A DNA stretch of 64,000 bases from the human T2T-CHM13v2.0 reference genome, Homo sapiens. This document shows positions 57,963 through 64,000 of the stretch, in pieces. The stretch is from assembly GCF_009914755.1 (NCBI RefSeq), contig NC_060928.1; one strand, given 5' to 3'. Made by a program: the position numbers and the translations under genes. Each line of letters starts with the position of its first letter. Position 1 is the stretch's first letter. The notes under the pieces were generated by a model, which had not been told where the DNA came from, did no database searches, and saw only the letters and a list, made by a program, of their open reading frames with translations.

Positions 57963-60900
57963 TCTAAATTTTATCAAAAGAAATATCAAAAGAAAAATAA
58001 ATTTTTACAAGCAAATTATTGGCAGTGTTATTTTATATGGCCTTATATTGCTAAACTGGTAAAGTATTAATGCTATGACTTGAGAACTTAATAAAATCAA
58101 GAAGTCACAAAGAAGCTTCTAACATGGCTGCTTTCTGAATCACAGAAACTCTACCATGGCTTTTTCTGGAGAAATATCTTGAGTTCTGTTGACATATGGA
58201 AGTCCTGTGAAGTTACAGTAGATAAGACAGTTGCCTTGGGATAGGGAAACATCATTGAATTGGAGGTTAAGAGAATTGAGCTTTAGTCTGTGTCCCATCA
58301 CTCTCCATGTGATTTTAGCCATTCCCACAAACGCTGAATCCCGGGTTTTTCCTATAAATGCTATTTAACAGGTTACATTGAAGAGGCTCATTTGATAGAC
58401 AATATGTTTTATTTATGGGTGAGTTAGGGTAGTTGCACTCTGGGCTGCAGAGTTGTTTCACTGAGAGACTCTATGCTTGAAACTCAATAACTCAATGTTG
58501 GGAAGAGAAGAACTTGGCTGGAAAAAAGTAACCTAATTCTTTTATTCTGCAAGCCTTTATTGAGAGGTTCTGTGTCAGGTTATGTCCAGTAGGTGGGTAC
58601 AGACATCAAAACCAAAGCCAAAAAAACCTCCTGCGCTCAAGGAGTTTGCATATCTAGAAATCATTAATGTCAGTTGAATAGCAGTAGGGATATGGGAACA
58701 TTTGGTCCTTGGTGGGTTTCTCAGTATGGAAACGTTAGATGATGGTTGTAACTTTGCATCCTTTGGCTTTTGTAATTACCTGGCAATGGAAATAAAGAGG
58801 TGTTGTTGTGGACTCTTATTTTCATCAATTATATTTCCATTGCCCTCTGAAGATTGGATTCTGGGCATTACTCTCCTTATATAGTGTACATCCTTTAGTA
58901 AGGACCCAGCCATCCGTATTCACTGTTATGGACTTGGGTGGCAATGTCACCCAACTGTACTCACACAAGTAGTCATAAAATATTCTTTAACACATGGCTC
59001 AGAGTAGGGGAGGGGACTACCACATGTCAAAGTTGGAGCCTCATGCCAAATCTTACCGTAGTTCCAAAACAGTTGGCCCACTTTCATTTTAACTACTCTA
59101 TTAATTGATCTAAATCCTAGTTGACAATAATCAGGACATGAGCTGTCCTGTCAGTTCAGAAAATGATTCTATTTTAAGTATTCCACAGTGCACACAGCCA
59201 TATGCTGAATTATAACACAACATAAAGCCTGAACATTTAAATGCCAACTTGTGGCTGCTTGTTCCTAATGAGTCATGTTCTTGTGGTACCATGCTCTCCA
59301 AATCTTTTTGTATCTTAATGGTTGTATCTGCCACTATTTCTTTGAACTAATGGGTCTGACATTTTGTGGTGCTTGGATTTAACTTCTCTAATTTACTCAG
59401 TTTACCAACGGTTTCAGAATATATGCAAATTATATCTCAAAATTTCTCCAAAAATACTAGATTTTATACAGTCATCTCATAAAGGCGTATATTATAATGT
59501 GCAAAAGGGATTAAAAACAGACATTTACTTGTTTAAATTTTATGCAGTAACGTTTTTTCTGTGTGACCTGCAAGAAATGAGCCAGCCACACAGTAAAAGA
59601 GCAGCTCAGGTCTCAGGATCTGGGCTTCCTTCTTGACACTATAAAATTACTTCACCCTGCAAAACTTTATGCTCTTTCTCACAGGTTGTGAGGTGTTAGA
59701 ACTTAAATTACCTGGCATCTCAGCTGCATTCTGTGCCTTGAAATTGGCATTGTTCATAGTTAGAGAACTACTCCTGTTGTCTCCGGTTTTTCCTCAGTTT
59801 TCCTTTGAGGGAGGCTCATTTCTTCTTCTAGATCAGCACTCTCTCACAGAATTCACCTTGAGCTGGAATTTTCTTTAAAGTTCCCTGCCATAAATATAAA
59901 CGTCAAATAGACCTGCAATCATTCTTGTACTCCTGAAGAAAAAAAAATAATGAGTCGAGAGATGAATTTTGTTTTCCATATTATGTGAACTGACGGATTA
60001 GTGAAAAGACCTCCACTCTGGCTTTCAACCAGAAGCTACACCCAGTACCCATGTCAACAAACCCCTCAACTTCATCTGCTGGTGGGTGTGTGAGAGAAAT
60101 ATGCTTCCTTTGGATGCTGCATCTGGTATTGGGTGATGATAAATGTTTGATAGAACTGGGCATCACACTGGAATGCTTTTTTTCTCAAGAGAGTAGAAAT
60201 GAGGTTTTGGAAGCTGTGTTAATGGAGGCTCATTCATGCAGCTGCCTTCCAGGTAGAACTGTTCTGTTTTAGGAAAGCTCTCAGAGGGCAAAGCTTATTT
60301 CTTTTGGAATTGTACAATACAAAGCAACCCAAATTGAATTAATTCCTTTTCCTAATGATATAATTTTTCAGCAGCTCTACACCATTTTGGCTTGAGTCTC
60401 CAGCAGATGCATGGCTTGCCCAGGTATAGATGTGGTGCCACACTCAGTGCTACTTTATTTTTTTCATACTGCAGTGAGTTTATCATGGCTATCTAAACTT
60501 CCAAAAATAGGTTTTGATATGGGTACTCAGATACTTCTTAAGGTGCTTGATTTCCTTTGGAGCTTTGAAAAGAAATTGACTTTGGAAGGTAATGCTGTGG
60601 AGAGCAATAAAATTATTTGAGGATAGTCTTATTTTAAAGATTAAATTTTGTTTGTGTTTTTTCTAAAAGTTAAGTTTTGTTTAATCTAAAGTTTAAATTT
60701 TGTTAAATTGTACCTAAGTGATGATGATCTTTATTCTAAATTTTCTAAACACCAGAAATAATTAAATATGTCCATATAAGTAATTTAGAAAGTGAATTGT
60801 GTTCATATGTATTTATTTGAGATATATAGAATTATTTTAGTACACACATCACACACATACATATGTACACATATATATATTTCCTTTCTTATAACATACC

Positions 60901-61048
60901 ATAGACTGAACTACTAAGTCTTGGAACAAGATTTCTTAAGGAAAAAGTAGTCAATTAAGAAGAATTTTCCTTCAAGGTTTTATCTCAAGTTATTCTTATT
61001 AGAACTTAAAGAATAATAATAAAAATAAATAAATAAATAAAATAAAAA

Positions 61049-61094
61049 AATAGGGAGTGTCTATAAAATCATTCATTTATAGACACTCCCTATT
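61049..61094. repeat. Perfect 19-bp inverted repeat with 8-nt spacer
   Basis: AATAGGGAGTGTCTATAAA-atcattca-TTTATAGACACTCCCTATT. Confidence 0.97.
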
Positions 61095-61869
61095 CCTTTC
61101 TTTCATATGTATAGAAATAAATTCCTTTTTTCATATGTACAGAAATTTTAATAAATATTAATGCCATGGCTAGAAACTATTTTAAAGTAAAATAATAAGT
61201 TTGTGTAAAATATAAACTCAAAAATGACATATTTATATTAATTATCCTATGTCTGCAGAGGAAGAAATACAAACCATTAAAAGTTGGAAATGTCATTAGG
61301 AGAAAGGCACAAGGGTGTCATAAATTTATAATTTTTGCTTATACATATGCCTTGTACTTAGCTAATGTGATGCCTTCATATTCTGGGTGAATTATATTAA
61401 AACACCAATAAAATTGTTGTATACCAAGAAAAAAAAAAAGAATATCAGGGACATAAAAATTATTTCAATAAATTTGCCCACAGAGATCTTTGATTCAAAC
61501 CTAAGTGTAAATAGTCATCTCAGTTTTTTTAAAGATTGTTCTTAATTCCATTACTGGAGGAGAAGGTAGACCAATTCTTTCCTGAGAAGTTAATATTATT
61601 GGGACTTCATAAATGATCCATTAGAGGTAAGCACTGTGGTAAAATAATGTCCTTCTCTCTTTAGAAACCAACTGTGTGGAGCATTGTTAAGATATGCTTC
61701 ACCTTGGTGTGTATATACTGTTCAAATGTGTTTTGCAGACTCAGTTTCTGAGAGAGTAGGTGACAGCACACTGCCCATCTCTTTCTAAGTTAAATCAAGA
61801 CCTGTTGTGCAGCTCAAAAATTGGTTGGGAATGTGTCTATATTTTTTTTAAGTTAAGATTTCAGTTTTA

Positions 61870-62165
61870 TAGTGTATATATATATATATATATATATACA
61901 CATACACACACACACACTAAATACTACATATGCTATTTATACTATATATTATATATATACTATATATAGTATATAGTGGGTATATATGTATATATATGTG
62001 TATATATGTGTATATACTATATATGTACTATATATGGTATATAGTATATAGTGGGTATACATGTGTATATATATGTATATACTATATATGTAATAGTATA
62101 TATGTAATGGTATATATAGTGTATATATTCTCTCTATATGTAGTACACACACACATATATATAAT
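61870..62165. repeat. (TA)n-rich low-complexity array
   Basis: Degenerate TA/TG/CA dinucleotides with recurring tatatagtatatagtgggtata. Confidence 0.92.
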
Positions 62166-62800
62166 GTAGTGGGGTAAATACAACATTTCAACATCCTTAG
62201 AAAGGAAATACACAAGAATAAATTCACAAATGGAGGATGTAGGCACAAAATGCTAGGAGCTCAGAGGAGCATAATCTGGTGGGCAGAAGTTTCACAAAGG
62301 AGATGGGATCAAGTTCAAAGAGCTTGACTAGACAAAGTACATCTCCTGTAGAAAATGAAAATGAGCAAAGGCATTGAGACATGTAAATATATTACAGGAT
62401 TCTAAGTTGGCCTCTTGGGTTGGACTGGAGGCTTAGTGTAAGCAAACAGTGGCAGGGAAGCCTGGATAAGTAAATGGGACTGGATTATGGAGGCTTTGCT
62501 GACTTATCACCAAGAAAAATATTTACTGTATTTATAGCATGTCGTTATAAACACATTTATCTTAAAATTCAAGTCATAAGTTTTAATGATGCTTTTCCTC
62601 ATGTGTGTCCAAGGAATGTTGTTTTGGTGTATGGGGTTATTTCCCCAGGGGAAGAATGCTGAAGCTTTTAAGATTTTGGAAGAAGCTCATTTTCCTGGTT
62701 ATGATGCATATAGATGCAGTTTTAGCAGCAAGCTTGCTGGGGCAGTGCCTATTGGTTTATTATGCATCCCTTTTAATTCTTGTTTTGTTTTTCCCCACAG

Positions 62801-62832
62801 GTGCTTGTGTCTATCAGGATTCCTTGTTGGCG
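62801..62832 (+). CDS. FRAS1: FRAS1 coding exon 2 (32 nt; start of the first VWC domain)
   Basis: Acceptor ttgttttgtttttccccacag|; reads (G)ACVYQDSLLA in phase with exon 1; donor GCG|GTAGGT. Confidence 0.96.
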
Positions 62833-64000
62833 GTAGGTCATTCTTTACATACTTGGTTTCTGTCATTTGAATGTAAAATGCTTGATTGAAGTTCCTGAGT
62901 GAGTGAGTTGACCCTATCATTGTAGAATATGTTTATTTTTCTTCAACGTTTGACAATTAGCCCTCATTCGGGCACAATGATGCTCAATTATTTAATACCT
63001 TTTCCAGAGTGAATTAGTTCTATTCAGATACTCAGGTATTGGAAGAGAAATTCAAACACTCAACACACGATTTACATTCTGTGGCTGTTCTTTGTGTTCT
63101 TTTAATCAGAGAGAAAATTAGATCCCATCCTTTTGTCAGATACAAACTGAAACACAATTTTTTAACTTCTGGTTGCATTTGCTTCCCACTTTGAACCCTT
63201 CTCCAAAAAAAGTATGATTATTAAATTAAGTAGAATAGGAAGGATTTCTGTTGTTACTTTGAATTATAAACTTAAGTTTTGGTGAACAGCAAAGAAATTA
63301 ACATTTATTTCTGAACTCTTGCCATATAGGGTAAAATTGATTTTGAATTTAATGTCAGAATGACTTGGGGGAAAGGCTGATGTAAGTCTCATGCATTTCT
63401 TTTCATTACTAATGCACTATGGTGCATAACAGTGTGTTAAAGCCTTATTGAAAAGACTGTCTACACTCCATCAACTCTAATAAATGGTGTGACAAATCAT
63501 TCTTCACCATGTTTTTATTTTGGTTTAATAAATGCTATAATAAAACTGAACTGAGATGGTTGGAAAGAATTTGCTCATTTACATCACAACCTGCTATTGA
63601 CATGTGTGATATTGATAAGTCATCCTGGATTATCCTTGTGGTATTGAAATAGCTGAGGAATATCTGAAGTATCTTAGAGTCTAGATAACTGTAGATATTC
63701 ACCATAATATCCTTGAATCTGCACTTTATATACTGTAGTTACTGCTGGAGAAGTTTATTTTTTAAATATTTTTCTATCAAAAATTAGGAAAAAGCCATTT
63801 TTATTGTATTTGTCATTCCATATCCTGCCCTGTTTATTCTTTAATATATTTTAGGAATCATTTGCTCTAAAATATATTATCACTTTTGGGGAGCTACAGT
63901 AGATATTTAGACAAGTCAGTTATCCGTGCTAATAAAAGAGAATTATTTATTGTGTAGAGTACTTCATAACTTTTCCATATATTTTCATAAGTATTCATAT

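Noticed and set aside
61760-62248. Tyr/Ile-rich ORFs
   Set aside because: Translations of the TA-rich array.

Overview
Primate, almost certainly human, nuclear DNA. It covers about 53 kb of repeat-rich intergenic sequence, then the CpG-island promoter and first two coding exons of FRAS1 on the + strand (ATG 54826; exon 1 CDS 54826-54901; 7.9-kb intron 1; 32-nt exon 2 at 62801-62832; spliced translation MGVLKVWLGLALALAEFAVLPHHSEG-ACVYQDSLLA). Upstream lie the 3' end of a TMEM128 processed pseudogene (1-~887), a minus-strand SVA (~3369-4781), a ~250-bp 16S rRNA NUMT (~5294-5542), a truncated THE1, a decayed ~6.3-kb ERV-L (LTR16/HERV16-like) with nested insertions, and many Alu, L1, MIR, MaLR and DNA-transposon relics. 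Nearly all ORFs in the supplied track are repeat-derived or chance frames. I found no convincing new biological system. The best leads are an AluY whose two arms differ sharply in CpG decay (14/14 vs 3/11 retained), several uORFs plus an out-of-frame overlapping ORF in the FRAS1 leader, a perfect MEF2-like palindrome upstream of FRAS1, a perfect 19-bp-stem hairpin in intron 1, and a retrocopy that may record Alu exonisation in its parent. Gene identities and repeat subfamilies come from recalled sequences, not database searches, and repeat boundaries are approximate.
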